64,000 nt of DNA from an uncultured Candidatus Rokubacteria bacterium (GCA_963708025.1 CAVPSB010000035.1:10800-74799), one strand, 5' to 3'. Positions 19,327 to 30,244 are shown, counted from the stretch's first letter. The notes: a model not told the origin generated them from the sequence alone. Numbers and translations: made by a program.

Positions 19327-20787
19327 ATGTCCACCGACGGTCAGACCGAGGCTCGGAAGCTCCGCTCCCGCCTCAGCCACCCGATCATCGACGCCGACGG
19401 GCACTGGCTCGAGTACGCGCCGCTCATGCGGGAGGAGTTCCGGCGCATCGGCGGCGACGCGGCCGCCGAGGCCCTGGCGCTTGCCAGCCGGCGCATTCCC
19501 GGCTCGCTCGAGATGTCGCTGGCCGAGCGGCGCCGGCGGCGGATCGGCCAGGAGGCGTTCTGGTCGTCGCCGTGCGAGAACGTGCTCGACCGGGCGACGG
19601 CGATGCTGCCCCGCCTCATGTACGAGCGCCTCGATGACCTCGGCATCGACTTCTGCGTCGTCTACCCGACGGCCGGGCTCGGCTACCATCGCATGCCGGA
19701 CACCCGGCTTCGCCGGGCCATCTGTCGCGCCTACAACGTGTTCGCCGCCGACCAGTTCCGCGGCCTCTCCGACCGCCTCATCCCCGCCGCGATCATTCCG
19801 ATGTACACGCCGGAGGAGGGCATCGAGGAGCTGGAGTTCGCCGTGAAGCAGCTCGGCTACAAGGTCGCGATGGTCGGCGGCCTCATGCGCCGCCCGGTCC
19901 CCGCCCTCGTCGAGGAGCACCCGGACGCCGCCCGCTTCGTCGAGTGGTACGACGTCATCGGCATCGACAGCGACCACGACTACGATCCGGTGTGGGCCAG
20001 GTGCCGGGAGCTCCGCGTGGCCCCGAGCTTCCACAACGGCGCGCGCTCCATCCTCCTCCGCAACTCGCCGTCCAACTTCTGCTACAACCACATCGGCCAC
20101 TTCGCCTCCGCCGGCCACGCGGTCGCCAAGGCGCTCTTCTTCGGCGGCGTGACGCGCCGCTTCCCCGATCTGAACTTCGCCTTCCTGGAAGGCGGCGTCG
20201 GCTGGGCCTGCATGCTCTACGCGGACCTGATCGGGCACTGGGAGAAGCGGAACCGCCAGGCGATCGAGCGCACGAATCCGAACAAGCTGGACCGCGCGGC
20301 TCTGTTGCAGCTCGTGCAGAAGTACGGCAGCCGCGCGGTGGCCGAGGCCGTGAGCCGTGGCGAGGGCCTGGAGGGCGACTCGCACTCGAAGCTGACCGGC
20401 GGCATCGAGGACCTCGACGACTACTTCCGCTGCCAGATCGGGCGCAAGGAAGACATCCGCGAGCTCTTCGTCCCGCGCTTCTACTTCGGCTGTGAGGCGG
20501 ACGATCCCATCAACGCGTGGGCCTTCGACCACCGCGCCAATCCGCTGAGCGCCCGCCTCAATGCGCTCTTCAGCTCCGACATCGGACACTTCGACGTCCC
20601 CGACATGACAGACGTCGTGCCGGAGGCGCACGAACTGGTCGAGCACGGGCTCATCACCGCCGGCGACTTCCGCGACTTCATGTTCGCCAACGCCGTCCGC
20701 TTCTGGGGCGAGGTGAATCCCGACTTCTTCCAGGGCACGGTGGTCGAGAGGCAGGCCGCGGACGTGCTGGCTCGCGCGCGCCGGTGA
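19327..20787 (+). CDS. amidohydrolase-2 family metal-dependent hydrolase
   Basis: ATG at 19327 follows GGGAGG. Contains HPIIDADGHWLE ... FSSDIGHFD, typical of the ACMSD-like amidohydrolase superfamily. Confidence 0.8.
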   Translation: MSTDGQTEARKLRSRLSHPIIDADGHWLEYAPLMREEFRRIGGDAAAEALALASRRIPGSLEMSLAERRRRRIGQEAFWSSPCENVLDRATAMLPRLMYERLDDLGIDFCVVYPTAGLGYHRMPDTRLRRAICRAYNVFAADQFRGLSDRLIPAAIIPMYTPEEGIEELEFAVKQLGYKVAMVGGLMRRPVPALVEEHPDAARFVEWYDVIGIDSDHDYDPVWARCRELRVAPSFHNGARSILLRNSPSNFCYNHIGHFASAGHAVAKALFFGGVTRRFPDLNFAFLEGGVGWACMLYADLIGHWEKRNRQAIERTNPNKLDRAALLQLVQKYGSRAVAEAVSRGEGLEGDSHSKLTGGIEDLDDYFRCQIGRKEDIRELFVPRFYFGCEADDPINAWAFDHRANPLSARLNALFSSDIGHFDVPDMTDVVPEAHELVEHGLITAGDFRDFMFANAVRFWGEVNPDFFQGTVVERQAADVLARARR

Positions 20788-20827
20788 GCGTTCCCCGGTG
20801 ACCCTCGGGAGAGGCCTCCCCCGGTAG

Positions 20828-21853
20828 CTACGTCGTTCCGGCGGCTCCCTGCGCGCGGCGGCGGAGCTGCTCCTCGTAGGCGTGCAGCACCTCGCCGGCG
20901 GCGAATCGCTGCGCCCTCAACGCCTGCAGGATCGAGACCAGACAGTCGTCACGCTTCCGCTCGAGCTCGACGATGGACCGTCCGCCGGCCTGGGCGTCGG
21001 ACTGCGCGGCGATCTTGTCCAGGAAGGGATCCGTCAGCTCCGGCACGTCGGTCAGCTTGGTCCACGGCCACTGCAAGGCGGGGCCGAATTGCGCCAGGAA
21101 GTGGCGCATGCCGCCCTCGCCGCCGGCGATGCGGTAGACCATGAATGTACCCATGAGGGCCCACCGGAGGCCGGCGCCGAACCGGATCGCGTCGTCCACG
21201 TCCTCCACCGTGGCGACGTCGTCGTGGACGAGCCACAGCGCTTCCCGCCAGAGCGCCTCCAGCAGCCGGTCGGCGACGAACCCGTCGATCTCCTTGCGGA
21301 TGCGGAGTGGGCGCATGCCGATCGAGTGATAGAAGGCGACCGCCCGCTCGACGTGGGCCGGGGCGGTCTTCTCGCCGCCGCACACCTCCACCAGGGGCAG
21401 CAGATAGACCGGGTTGAAGGGGTGCCCGACCATGAACCGGTCCGGCCGGGCCATGTCCGCCTGGAGGCGGGAGGGCCGGAGGCCCGACGTGGACGAGCAG
21501 ACGAGCGCATCGGGCCGGGCGTGGGCGTCGATCTCGGCGAGGAGCCGGCGCTTCAGGCTTTCCTGCTCGGGCGCGCTTTCCTGGACGAAGCCGGCGTCGC
21601 GGACGGCGTCGGCGAGGCTGGGCGCGAAGGCCAGGCGCCCCTTCGGGGGCGGCGGCGCCGACGTCAGCGCGCCGAGCGCCCGCTCCGCGCTCTCCAGCAC
21701 CTCGCCCAGCCGCCGGGCCACCGCCGGGTCCGGATCGTAGACAGCCACGTCGATGCCGTTCCACAGGAGGCGCGCCGCCCAGCCCGCGCCGATGACGCCG
21801 CCGCCGATGCAGGCGGCCCGACCGGCGTCGGTCGTCGGCACGCCCTCAGCCAC
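20828..21853 (-). CDS. 3-hydroxyacyl-CoA dehydrogenase family protein (L-carnitine dehydrogenase-like)
   Basis: AACIGGGVIGAGWAARLLWNGIDVAVYDP, HPFNPVYLLPLVEV, GFVADRLLEALWREALWLV. Confidence 0.85.
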   Translation of the reverse strand: MAEGVPTTDAGRAACIGGGVIGAGWAARLLWNGIDVAVYDPDPAVARRLGEVLESAERALGALTSAPPPPKGRLAFAPSLADAVRDAGFVQESAPEQESLKRRLLAEIDAHARPDALVCSSTSGLRPSRLQADMARPDRFMVGHPFNPVYLLPLVEVCGGEKTAPAHVERAVAFYHSIGMRPLRIRKEIDGFVADRLLEALWREALWLVHDDVATVEDVDDAIRFGAGLRWALMGTFMVYRIAGGEGGMRHFLAQFGPALQWPWTKLTDVPELTDPFLDKIAAQSDAQAGGRSIVELERKRDDCLVSILQALRAQRFAAGEVLHAYEEQLRRRAQGAAGTT

Positions 21854-22748
21854 GCTTCTTGAGCTTGAGCTTGCGGCGCACGTCCTCGGGCCCGAGCACC
21901 TTGACGTTCATGGAATGCAGGATGGTGACGGCTCGCTCCACCAGTTGCGCGTTCGTCGCCTTGACGCCTCGCGACAGGTAGAGGTTGTCCTCGAGGCCCA
22001 CGCGCACGTTGCCGCCCGCCAGGACGGCCATGGCGATGTACGGGATCTGCATCCGGCCGATGGAGAAGGCGGAGAAGACGGCGCCCGGGGGCAGGTGGTC
22101 CACCATGGCCAGCAGGGTGAGCGGGTCGTCCGGCGCGCCCCACGGGATCCCCATGCAGAGCTGGACCATGACCGGGTCGTCGATGAGCCCCTCCTTGACG
22201 AGCTGTTTCACGAAGACGAGGTGGCCGGTGTCGAAGACCTCGAGCTCGGGGCGGACGCCGAGCTGCTGGACGCGCCGGGCCATGGCCCGCAGGACGCCGG
22301 GGGTGTTCGTCATGACGTAGTCGCCCTCGGCGAAGTTCATGGTGCCGCAGTCCAGGGTGGTGATCTCCGGGAGCAGCTGCTCGACGTGCGCGAGCCGCTC
22401 GGTGGCGCCGGCCATGTCGGTCCCCCGGGGATCGAGCGGCAGCGGCGTCTCGGCGCCGCCGAAGACGAGGTCGCCCCCCATGCCCGCCGTGAGGTTCAGC
22501 ACGACGTCGACGCTGGACGACCGGACGCGGTCGACGACCTCGGCGAAGTGCTTCGGGCTCCGTCCCCCCTTTCCGGTCTCGGGATCGCGGACGTGGACGT
22601 GAACGATGGCCGCGCCCGCCCTGGCCGCTTCGATCGCGCTCTCGGCGATGGCCTGGGGGGCGACCGGCACGTGCTCGCTCTTGCCGACCGTGTCGCCGGC
22701 TCCGGTCAGGGCGCACGTGATGAAGGCTTCCCAGTTCATGGCCGCCAT
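21846..22748 (-). CDS. beta-keto acid cleavage enzyme (BKACE/DUF849; 3-keto-5-aminohexanoate cleavage enzyme family)
   Basis: 300 aa. Contains ITCALTGAGDT...IVHVHVRDPETG...VLNLTAGMGG...VRVGLEDNLY. It overlaps the dehydrogenase gene by 8 nt. Confidence 0.9.
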   Translation of the reverse strand: MAAMNWEAFITCALTGAGDTVGKSEHVPVAPQAIAESAIEAARAGAAIVHVHVRDPETGKGGRSPKHFAEVVDRVRSSSVDVVLNLTAGMGGDLVFGGAETPLPLDPRGTDMAGATERLAHVEQLLPEITTLDCGTMNFAEGDYVMTNTPGVLRAMARRVQQLGVRPELEVFDTGHLVFVKQLVKEGLIDDPVMVQLCMGIPWGAPDDPLTLLAMVDHLPPGAVFSAFSIGRMQIPYIAMAVLAGGNVRVGLEDNLYLSRGVKATNAQLVERAVTILHSMNVKVLGPEDVRRKLKLKKRG

Positions 22749-22754
22749 ATCGGA

Positions 22755-22851
22755 ACCTCCCGCCTACCCCGATCCGTCGACGGCCTTCGGCCTTTGGCCC
22801 CCTTCCCCACTGTTCGACGGCCTTCGGCCTTTGGCTGGGGGGAGGGGAGGT
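22755..22851. repeat. REP-B palindromic element
   Basis: Arms acctcccgcctacccc / ggggggaggggaggt enclose two copies of gacggccttcggcctttgg. Confidence 0.7.
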
Positions 22852-22877
22852 CGGACGACCGCCGCCTTCGCGCGCTC

Positions 22878-24443
22878 TCATCCCACCCACCACCGCTCGA
22901 TGCACTTCCAGCCGTCGAGGTCGTAGTTCGAGCCGAGCGCGGGCCCGCGGGCGGTCTTCTTCGACCGGGCGTCGACGAAGTTGGCGTACATCGGCACGAT
23001 GACCCCGCCCTCGTCGCGCACGATCTGCTGCATCTCCCGGTACATGGTCCGCCGCCTGCCGTCGTCGAGCTCGGCCCGCGCCTCGACGAGCAGCGTGTTG
23101 AAGCGCTCGTGGTTCCAGTGCGTGTCGTTCCAGCGCGCGTCCTTCGCGTAGGCCTGGCTGAACATCCAGTCCTCGGTCGGCCGGCCGGCCCAGAAGCACA
23201 TGACGAAGGGCTTCTTCGTCCACACCCGCGTCCAGTACCCGTCGTTCGGCTCGCGCACCACGTTGATGTCGATGCCGGCCTTGGCGGCGTGCTCCTTGAA
23301 GAGGACCGCGGTGTCCACCGCCCCGTTGAAGGCCGCGTCGGCCGCCGAGAGGTCGACCTTCAGGGTGGCGTGCCCGGCCTTCTTGAGGTGGAACTTCGCC
23401 TTCTCCGGATCGTACTCGCGGATCGGGATGTCCCGGGCGTAGTAGCGGTTGGCCGGCGTGATCGGGCTGTCGTTGCCGGGCTGGCCATGGCCGCGCAGGA
23501 TCGACTGCACGAGGGCCTTGCGGTCGATGGCGTACTTGAGAGCCAGCCGCACGTCGTTGCTGGTGAAGGGCTCGGTGTCGGTGAACATGGGGATGGTGAA
23601 GTGCTGCGTCCCCGTCACTTCCTCCACGACGACGTCCGGGCTGCGCTGCAGTAGCGTGAGCGCCTTGATGTCAACCCGGCCGATGGCGTCAACCTCGCCG
23701 GTGACGACGGCGTTCATCCGGGCCGCGGCGTCCGGGATGCCGATCAGCTCGACGTCGTCGAAATGGGCGCGGCCGGCTTTCCAGTAGCCGGTGCTGCGCT
23801 TGAGGACCATGCGGACGCCGCGCTGGTGAGAGACGAGCGTGTAACCCCCGGTCCCCTGCGCCGCTTCCCAGTCGATCTTGCCGTCCTTCACCGGGCCGAT
23901 CACCAGGTGGTAGCCGGTCGTCAGGTAGGGGAAATCGGCGTTCCCGGAGGCGAGCTCGAAGATCACCGTCCCTTTGCCGTCCGCGCGGATGCTCACGATG
24001 GGGTCAACGACGCCCTTGGCGCCCGATTTCGACTCCGGCCCGCGGTGGTGGTTGAACGACGCCACGACGTCGTCGGCGTCGAGGGCCTTGCCGTTGTGGA
24101 AGGTCACCCCCTTCCGCAGCTTGAACACCCAGGTCTTGGCGTCCTTCGACGGCTCGACGCTCTCGGCCAGCTCGGGCACGAGCTTCCCGTCCGGGGCCAC
24201 CTCCATCAGGTTGTTGTACACCGCTCCCCACAGGCCGATGTTCGTGAAGCTCGACGTCCCCCAGGTCGCCGGATTGTGCGAATCGGTCGTGTTCGCCCCG
24301 CTCAGCCCGAGGCGGAACCGGCCGCCCTTCTTCGGCCCGGCCTGGGCCAGGGCCATCGCGGGGAGCGCCGGGATGAGCAGCGCGGCGGCTCCGGTCTGCA
24401 GAAAGCGCCGGCGGTCAACGTGGGGGCCAGCGATGTCCGTCAT
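22878..24443 (-). CDS. ABC transporter substrate-binding protein, family 5 (peptide/opine/nickel type) with Tat signal
   Basis: 521 aa. Reads VDRRRFLQTGAAALLIPALPAMALAQ and has a family 5 body. Confidence 0.9.
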   Translation of the reverse strand: MTDIAGPHVDRRRFLQTGAAALLIPALPAMALAQAGPKKGGRFRLGLSGANTTDSHNPATWGTSSFTNIGLWGAVYNNLMEVAPDGKLVPELAESVEPSKDAKTWVFKLRKGVTFHNGKALDADDVVASFNHHRGPESKSGAKGVVDPIVSIRADGKGTVIFELASGNADFPYLTTGYHLVIGPVKDGKIDWEAAQGTGGYTLVSHQRGVRMVLKRSTGYWKAGRAHFDDVELIGIPDAAARMNAVVTGEVDAIGRVDIKALTLLQRSPDVVVEEVTGTQHFTIPMFTDTEPFTSNDVRLALKYAIDRKALVQSILRGHGQPGNDSPITPANRYYARDIPIREYDPEKAKFHLKKAGHATLKVDLSAADAAFNGAVDTAVLFKEHAAKAGIDINVVREPNDGYWTRVWTKKPFVMCFWAGRPTEDWMFSQAYAKDARWNDTHWNHERFNTLLVEARAELDDGRRRTMYREMQQIVRDEGGVIVPMYANFVDARSKKTARGPALGSNYDLDGWKCIERWWVG

Positions 24444-24514
24444 GGCGTCCTCCTCGGTGAGAGAGTGGCCACCAGTATACGGCTAGTGGGCGGGGCCGAT
24501 GAGTGTCGCAACGC

Positions 24515-24630
24515 GTCGTCGTTCGGACGGCCTTCGGCCTTTGGGGTCGTCGCCGATCCTCGGCGTACTCGGAGTACGCCTGCGGTCGGCGACTCCCTGC
24601 GTCTCTTGGACGGCCTTCGGCCTGGGGGCG
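24515..24630. repeat. composite palindromic repeat in the 5' leader of the binding-protein gene
   Basis: Two ggacggccttcggcct motifs flank a perfect 9-bp inverted repeat, ggcgtactc-g-gagtacgcc (24562..24580). Confidence 0.65.
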
Positions 24631-24671
24631 CTGCTCGCTCCTCGGCCCCGCCCCCGAGAACCTTGACTCAT

Positions 24672-26346
24672 CTACCATGACTTTGGCGCGTCAAGGACGC
24701 TAAGGGCCATCGCCGCGCGGCGGGTCGCCAGCAGGCGATCGAGCCAGTCGGGATCCATCTCGGGAACGGAGGACAGCAGGAGCTCGGTGTAGGGGTCGTG
24801 CGGCGGCGCGAAGATCCGCTCCTTGGGCCCCGCCTCGATCACGCGTCCGTCCTTCATCACCACGACCTCGTCCGCGATCGCGCGGACGGTGGCCAGATCG
24901 TGGGTGATGAAGATGATCGTCAGGCCGAGGTCGTGCTGCAGCCGGGACAGGAGCCTCAGCATCTCCTCGGCGACGAGCTGGTCGAGCGATGACGTCACCT
25001 CGTCGCAGATGAGGAGCGACGGCCCCGCGGCCAGCGCCCGGGCGATGGCGATCCGCTGCTTCTGCCCGCCGGACAGCTCGCCCGGGTAGCGATCGCGGTA
25101 GGTCACGGGGTCCAGCTCGATCGCCTCCAGGAGGGCCGCCACCTGCCGGTCGTTTTCGCGACCACGCACGCCCGCTTGCAAGGCGAGCGGCCGCCCGATC
25201 GCGTCCCGCACGCGCTGGCGTGGATTCAGCGCCGTGTCCGGCATCTGCGCGATCATCTGGATCCGGCCGAGCGTCTGTCGGGATCGCCCCCGATAGCCGG
25301 GCGCCAGCGGCTCCCCGTCGAGGAGAACCCGTCCGGCCCGGGGCGGCAGGAGGCCGGTGATCACCCGGGCCAGCGTCGACTTGCCCGACCCGGACTCGCC
25401 GACGATCGCCGCGGTGCGACCCCGTGCCACGGCGACCGAGACGTCGTGCAGCACGGCGACCGCGCCGTAGGCCGCCGTCACGCTCTCGACGGCCAGGAGC
25501 GGGCGACTCCCGGCCGGCGGCGCCGGCTTGGGCGCGGCCCGGAAGGACCGCACGGCCCAGAGCGACCTCGTGTAGTCCGTCCGCGGGGCCGCGAGCATGG
25601 TGCGGGTCTCGGCTTCCTCGACCATCTGGCCGTGGCGCAGGACGATGATCCGGTCCGCCATCTGCGCGACCAGCGCCAGATCGTGGCTGATGTAGAGGGC
25701 GGCGGTGCCGAGGGCGGCCACGGCCTCCCGGATGGCCGCCAGCACCTCGATCTGCGTGGTCACGTCGAGGGCGGTCGTCGGCTCGTCGAAGACGATGAGG
25801 GCCGGCCGGGTCACCATCGCCATCGCGGTCATCGCGCGCTGGAGCTGCCCACCCGAGACCTGGTGCGGATAGCGGAAGCCGATCTCGGCGGGGTCGGGGA
25901 GCTGCAGCCGGCGATAGAGCGCGACCGCCTCGGCGACCGCCGCCTCCCGGTCGAGGAGGCGGTGCTGGACCGCGGCCTCGACGCACTGGTCGATCAGTCG
26001 ATGGGCCGGGTTGAAGCAGGCGGCCGCCGACTGCGCGACGTAGGCGATGCGCGAGCCGCGCAGGGCCCGGCGGGTGGCCTCGGGAGCGGTGGCCAGCTCG
26101 ATGCCGTCGAAGCGGATCGAGCCGGCGGCGATCCGGCAGCCGTCCCGGGCGTAGCCCATGGCCGCGAGGCCGACCGTGGACTTGCCGGCGCCCGACTCGC
26201 CGATGAGGCCGAGGATCTCGCCGGCCCGCACGGTGAAGCTGACCGCGTCGAACGATGCGGGTGACGGCGTCATCGGTCCGCGCCTCGACGACCAGGCCGT
26301 CGACGGCGAGGAGGGGCTCTCCCGGCGCGCCGCCCGCCCCCGTCAC
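24672..26346 (-). CDS. fused double ABC ATPase of the Dpp/Opp-type transporter (one frameshift near 26255)
   Basis: Two Walker A motifs (GESGAGKST, GESGSGKST) and two signatures (VSGGQLQR, LSGGQKQR). The first ~30 codons (MTGAGGAPGEPLLAVDGLVVEARTDDAVTRIV) are in ORF 24700..26346. Confidence 0.85.
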
Positions 26347-26347
26347 G

Positions 26348-27175
26348 TCAGTCCTTCAACCCGCTCGCGCGGTGCAGGATCCAGTCGACCACGAAGTTCA
26401 CGGCCACCGTCAGGAGCGCGATGGCGGCGGCCGGCAAGAGCGGCGTGACGTCGCCGAAGGTGATGAGGGACGCGTTGTCCCGCACCATGCTGCCCCATTC
26501 GGCGGTGGGCGGCTTGATGCCGAGTCCGAGGAAGCTCAGCGCCGCGATGAACAGGAAGACGAAGCAGAATCGCAGCCCGAACTCCGCGACCAGCGGCGGG
26601 GCGGCGTTCGGCAGCACCTCCCGGAGGATGAGCCAGGCCAGACCCTCGCCGCGAAGCCGGGCCGCATCGACGTAGTCCATCACGGCGATCCCCAGGGACA
26701 CGGCGCGGGCGAGGCGGAAGACCCGCGTCGCTTCCAGGACGGCGATGACCAGGATCATCACCGGGATCGACGTGCCGAAGATCGTGAGCAGCAGCAGCGC
26801 CAGGATCAGCGACGGCATCGCCATCAGGATGTCGACGGCCCAGGCCAGGATCCGGTCAACGAGACCCCCGAGCGTGCCCGCGACCAGCCCCAGGGCGCCG
26901 CCGAGCCCGAAGGCCAGCAGTGTCGTCGCCGACGCGATGGCCACCATGTTGCGCGCGCCGTAGATGAGGCGGGTGAGCATGTCGCGGCCGAGGTTGTCGG
27001 TGCCGAGCAGGTGTGGGCCCGACCACGGCGCGAAGACGGGTCCGACGACCTCGCGCTCGCCGAATGGCGCGATGATCGGCGCCAGGGTGGCGACCGCGAC
27101 ATAGACCCCGATGACGACGAGCCCGAAGTGCGCCGCCGGGGGCGCCGTCCGCAGGGCCCGGGCGAGTCCCGCCAT
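26348..27175 (-). CDS. ABC transporter permease, DppC/OppC-like
   Basis: 275 aa. Contains HLLGTDNLGRDMLTRLIYGARN. Confidence 0.9.
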   Translation of the reverse strand: MAGLARALRTAPPAAHFGLVVIGVYVAVATLAPIIAPFGEREVVGPVFAPWSGPHLLGTDNLGRDMLTRLIYGARNMVAIASATTLLAFGLGGALGLVAGTLGGLVDRILAWAVDILMAMPSLILALLLLTIFGTSIPVMILVIAVLEATRVFRLARAVSLGIAVMDYVDAARLRGEGLAWLILREVLPNAAPPLVAEFGLRFCFVFLFIAALSFLGLGIKPPTAEWGSMVRDNASLITFGDVTPLLPAAAIALLTVAVNFVVDWILHRASGLKD

Positions 27176-27178
27176 CGC

Positions 27179-28125
27179 CTACCAGCCGTGCCGGAGCCGT
27201 GGCGTGGTGGCGATCGACAGGATGTCCGCGGCGAGGTTGAGGACGACGTAGGTCGCGGCGAAGATGAGGCTGGCGGCCTGCACGACGGTCACGTCGCGCT
27301 TCGAGACGGAATCGACGAGGAGCTGGCCGAGGCCCGGGTAGGCGAAGACCACCTCGACGACCACGACGCCCACCACCAGATAGGCGAGGTTGAGGGCCAC
27401 CACGTTGATGATCGGGGCGAGCGCGTTGGGCAGGGCATGGCGGACGATGACGCGCGACGGCGACAGCCCCTTGAGGCGCGCCATCTCGATGTAGGGGCTC
27501 GCCAGCAGGTTGACGATCGCCGCGCGCGTCATCCGCATCATGTGGGCGGTGACGCCGAGCGTGAGCGTGAGCGCCGGGAGGATCAGCCGGTAGAGCCGCT
27601 CGACGAGCGACGAATCCGGGCTGACCGTGGCCAGGGAGGGGAACACCCGCCACTGCACGGCGAGCAGGAAGATCAGGATGTAGGCGATGAAGAACTCGGG
27701 CAGCGAGATCGCCGTGAGGGAGCCGGCGGTGATGGCCCGATCGACGGCCCGGCCCCGATAGAGCGCGGCGACCATCCCCAGCCCGAGCGACAGGGGCACG
27801 GCGACGAGCGCGGCGTACGCGGCGAGGAAGAGCGTGTTGCCGAGGCGCACGCCGATCAGCTCGGACACCGGCCGCCCCGAGGCGAGCGAGCTTCCGAAAT
27901 CCCCGGTGAGGACGCCGCGACCCACGCCAGATAGCGCTCGAGGACCGGCCGGTCGAGGCCGAGCTCGCGGCGGAGCGCCGCCACGGTCTCCGGCGTCCGG
28001 TTCTGACCGAGGATCTCCTCGGCCAGATCGCCGGGGAGCAGGTTGACGGCGCCGAAGACGATGATCGAGATGGCCCCGAGCGTGAGGAGCCCGAGTCCCA
28101 GCCGCACCAGGATCAGCCGCGTCAC
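27179..28125 (-). CDS. ABC transporter permease, DppB/OppB-like (one frameshift near 27930)
   Basis: The N-terminus VTRLILVRLGLGLLTLGAISIIVFGAVNLLPGD lies at the end of ORF 27856..30102. The rest lies in ORF 27179..28186. The GTGA start overlaps the upstream stop. Confidence 0.85.
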
Positions 28126-30173
28126 CGGATGCGTCCCTCCGGACGCGGCACCGCGTCGGTCCACCGGCGGGCGAAGACGGGCGCATCGCCCTCGAACGCC
28201 TCGAGCGCGATGTCGATGCGGAGCTCGGCGGCGGTGCAGGTCACCGTGCTCCGCGTCGTCGCGGCCGCCGACCAGGCGCCCCGGGCGAAGCGCCAGCGCG
28301 TCTCCATCTCCAGGACGGCCGAGGTGGGATCTCCGGGGTGGATCCGGAAGCGTCGCTCGGTGACGTCTTCGAGCTCGAGCCCGATGGCATCGAGGCGGAA
28401 GACCCCGGTGTCGTCCGCGATCGCCAGCGTGCGGGCGCCGGTCGCCGGATCGGTCTCGACCCGGCGACGGTAGGCCGCCGGCTTCATCACCGTCCAGGGC
28501 AGCGACGGAGCCGCCTCCGGGGGCGGAAACGGCGCCGGGGGCTCCGCGTCCAGGTCCCGAGGCCGGACCGGCAGCGCGAGACGGCTGCCTCCCGTGAAGA
28601 CCGTCAGCGTGACGGCACCCGGAGCCGGCCAGAGCGTCGGCCAGTACGCGCTGGACAGCGCCAGGCGGGCGCGGTGACCGGCGGCGAAGCCGTCGGCGAC
28701 GGGGTACAGCGGCACGCGCACCCGGACGCGCCGCCCGGGCTCGAGCGGCCGCGGCGGATCGTGTCCGTCCCGGTGAGCGAGGTTCAGGGCGCCGTAGGTG
28801 ACCCGCCGCGAGCTGCCGTCCGGCGCCACCTCGCACAGCCGCGCCGCGATCAGCCCGAAGGACCGATCGCTCGACAGCTCCAGGGTGACCTCCGGTGTCC
28901 CGAGGATCTCGACCCGGTCCGGGAGGGGCGCGCTGTCGAAGCAGAGGGCGCCGGCGTCGTCCGGGCGCTGGTCGCCGGCCAGCTCCGGGTTCGGCCCTGT
29001 CGTGAAGATCGGCATCGCCTCGCCCGCCGCCTCGCCGATGTCCTGCCTCGACGCCAGGCGCAGCGGGACGTCGGGCCCGGCCTCCTCGCCCAGCTGGCCG
29101 GGATTCATCGCGAGATGCCGCGCTGTGATCCGCGGAGACGGCCATACCGGCTCCGACACCCATCGGCCGGGGACGTCCTCGGGCGTCTGGCGCACCGCCG
29201 ACCTCGCCGGCATGAAGACCCGGAGCATCGGCTCGGCCATGATCCCGGTCTCGGCACCCTTCATCCAGCAATCGAGCCACCGCAGGACCTCTTGTAGGAA
29301 CCCGATCGCTGGCCCGGGCAGCCCGAAGTGGGGATAGCGATGCGCCCAGGGGCCGATCACGCCTTTCCGGGGCACCTCCAGCCCGGCGAGCAGCCGCAGG
29401 AGCGCGCTGGCGAAATCCGGATCGGCCCAGCCCGCGGCGGCGAGAACCGGACACGCGATGCGGCGATACTCGTCCAGCACCGCCCCGTCCCGCCAGTATT
29501 CGTCGCGGCCCGGGTGCCGCAGCCAGCGTCCGACCAGGGGCTCGACCCGCTCGAGGCGCGCGCGCCAGGCGGCCCGCCAGCCGGGACCCACGACCTCCGG
29601 ATCCGGCGGCCGGGTCGCGTACGTGATCCGGGCCACGCTCGCCACCAGCGCCGAGGTCGCGAGGCAGCCGCCGGGCAGCCGCAGCGCGTACTGGTCGTCC
29701 GTGCCGGCCACGCAGACGATCGTCTTGAGGGCAGGGGGCCGGCGGGCCGCCACCTGCAGGGCGCTGGCGCCGCCCCAGGAGAGCCCGAACATGGCCACCC
29801 CGCCCCCGCACCAGGGCTGCGCCGCCAGCCAGGCGATCACCTCCACGGCGTCGTCGGTGTGGCGGCGCGACAGCTGGTCGGCGTACAGCCCGTCGGAGTC
29901 GCCGGTGCCGCGCACGTCGACCCGCAGGCAGGCGTAGCCGTGCCCGGCCAGATAACCGTGCGTCGCCGAATCGCGGAGCGCGGTCATGTCGCGCTTGCGG
30001 TAGGGAATGTACTCGAGGATCGCGGGGACCGGTCCCCGCTCGGCGTCGGCCGGCAGCCACAGCTTGCCGGCCAGCCGGCAGCCGTCCGCCAGCGGGATCC
30101 ACACGTTCTCGACGATCCGGACGGGGTGCGGCAGATCCGTGACGCGTCGCATGCGCCGGGTGATATCAAGCAC
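28122..30173 (-). CDS. CocE/NonD family hydrolase (S15 X-Pro dipeptidyl-peptidase-like)
   Basis: 683 aa. Contains LEYIPYRKRD, VDVRGTGDSDG, GLSWGG (nucleophile elbow). Confidence 0.9.
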   Translation of the reverse strand: MLDITRRMRRVTDLPHPVRIVENVWIPLADGCRLAGKLWLPADAERGPVPAILEYIPYRKRDMTALRDSATHGYLAGHGYACLRVDVRGTGDSDGLYADQLSRRHTDDAVEVIAWLAAQPWCGGGVAMFGLSWGGASALQVAARRPPALKTIVCVAGTDDQYALRLPGGCLATSALVASVARITYATRPPDPEVVGPGWRAAWRARLERVEPLVGRWLRHPGRDEYWRDGAVLDEYRRIACPVLAAAGWADPDFASALLRLLAGLEVPRKGVIGPWAHRYPHFGLPGPAIGFLQEVLRWLDCWMKGAETGIMAEPMLRVFMPARSAVRQTPEDVPGRWVSEPVWPSPRITARHLAMNPGQLGEEAGPDVPLRLASRQDIGEAAGEAMPIFTTGPNPELAGDQRPDDAGALCFDSAPLPDRVEILGTPEVTLELSSDRSFGLIAARLCEVAPDGSSRRVTYGALNLAHRDGHDPPRPLEPGRRVRVRVPLYPVADGFAAGHRARLALSSAYWPTLWPAPGAVTLTVFTGGSRLALPVRPRDLDAEPPAPFPPPEAAPSLPWTVMKPAAYRRRVETDPATGARTLAIADDTGVFRLDAIGLELEDVTERRFRIHPGDPTSAVLEMETRWRFARGAWSAAATTRSTVTCTAAELRIDIALEAFEGDAPVFARRWTDAVPRPEGRIR

Positions 30174-30244
30174 GCTTTCCGGCGCGGCGTCAAGCCGCGG
30201 ACGCCCCGAAGGTCGGTGATTCGCGCTCGGGCTGGCCTACGACC

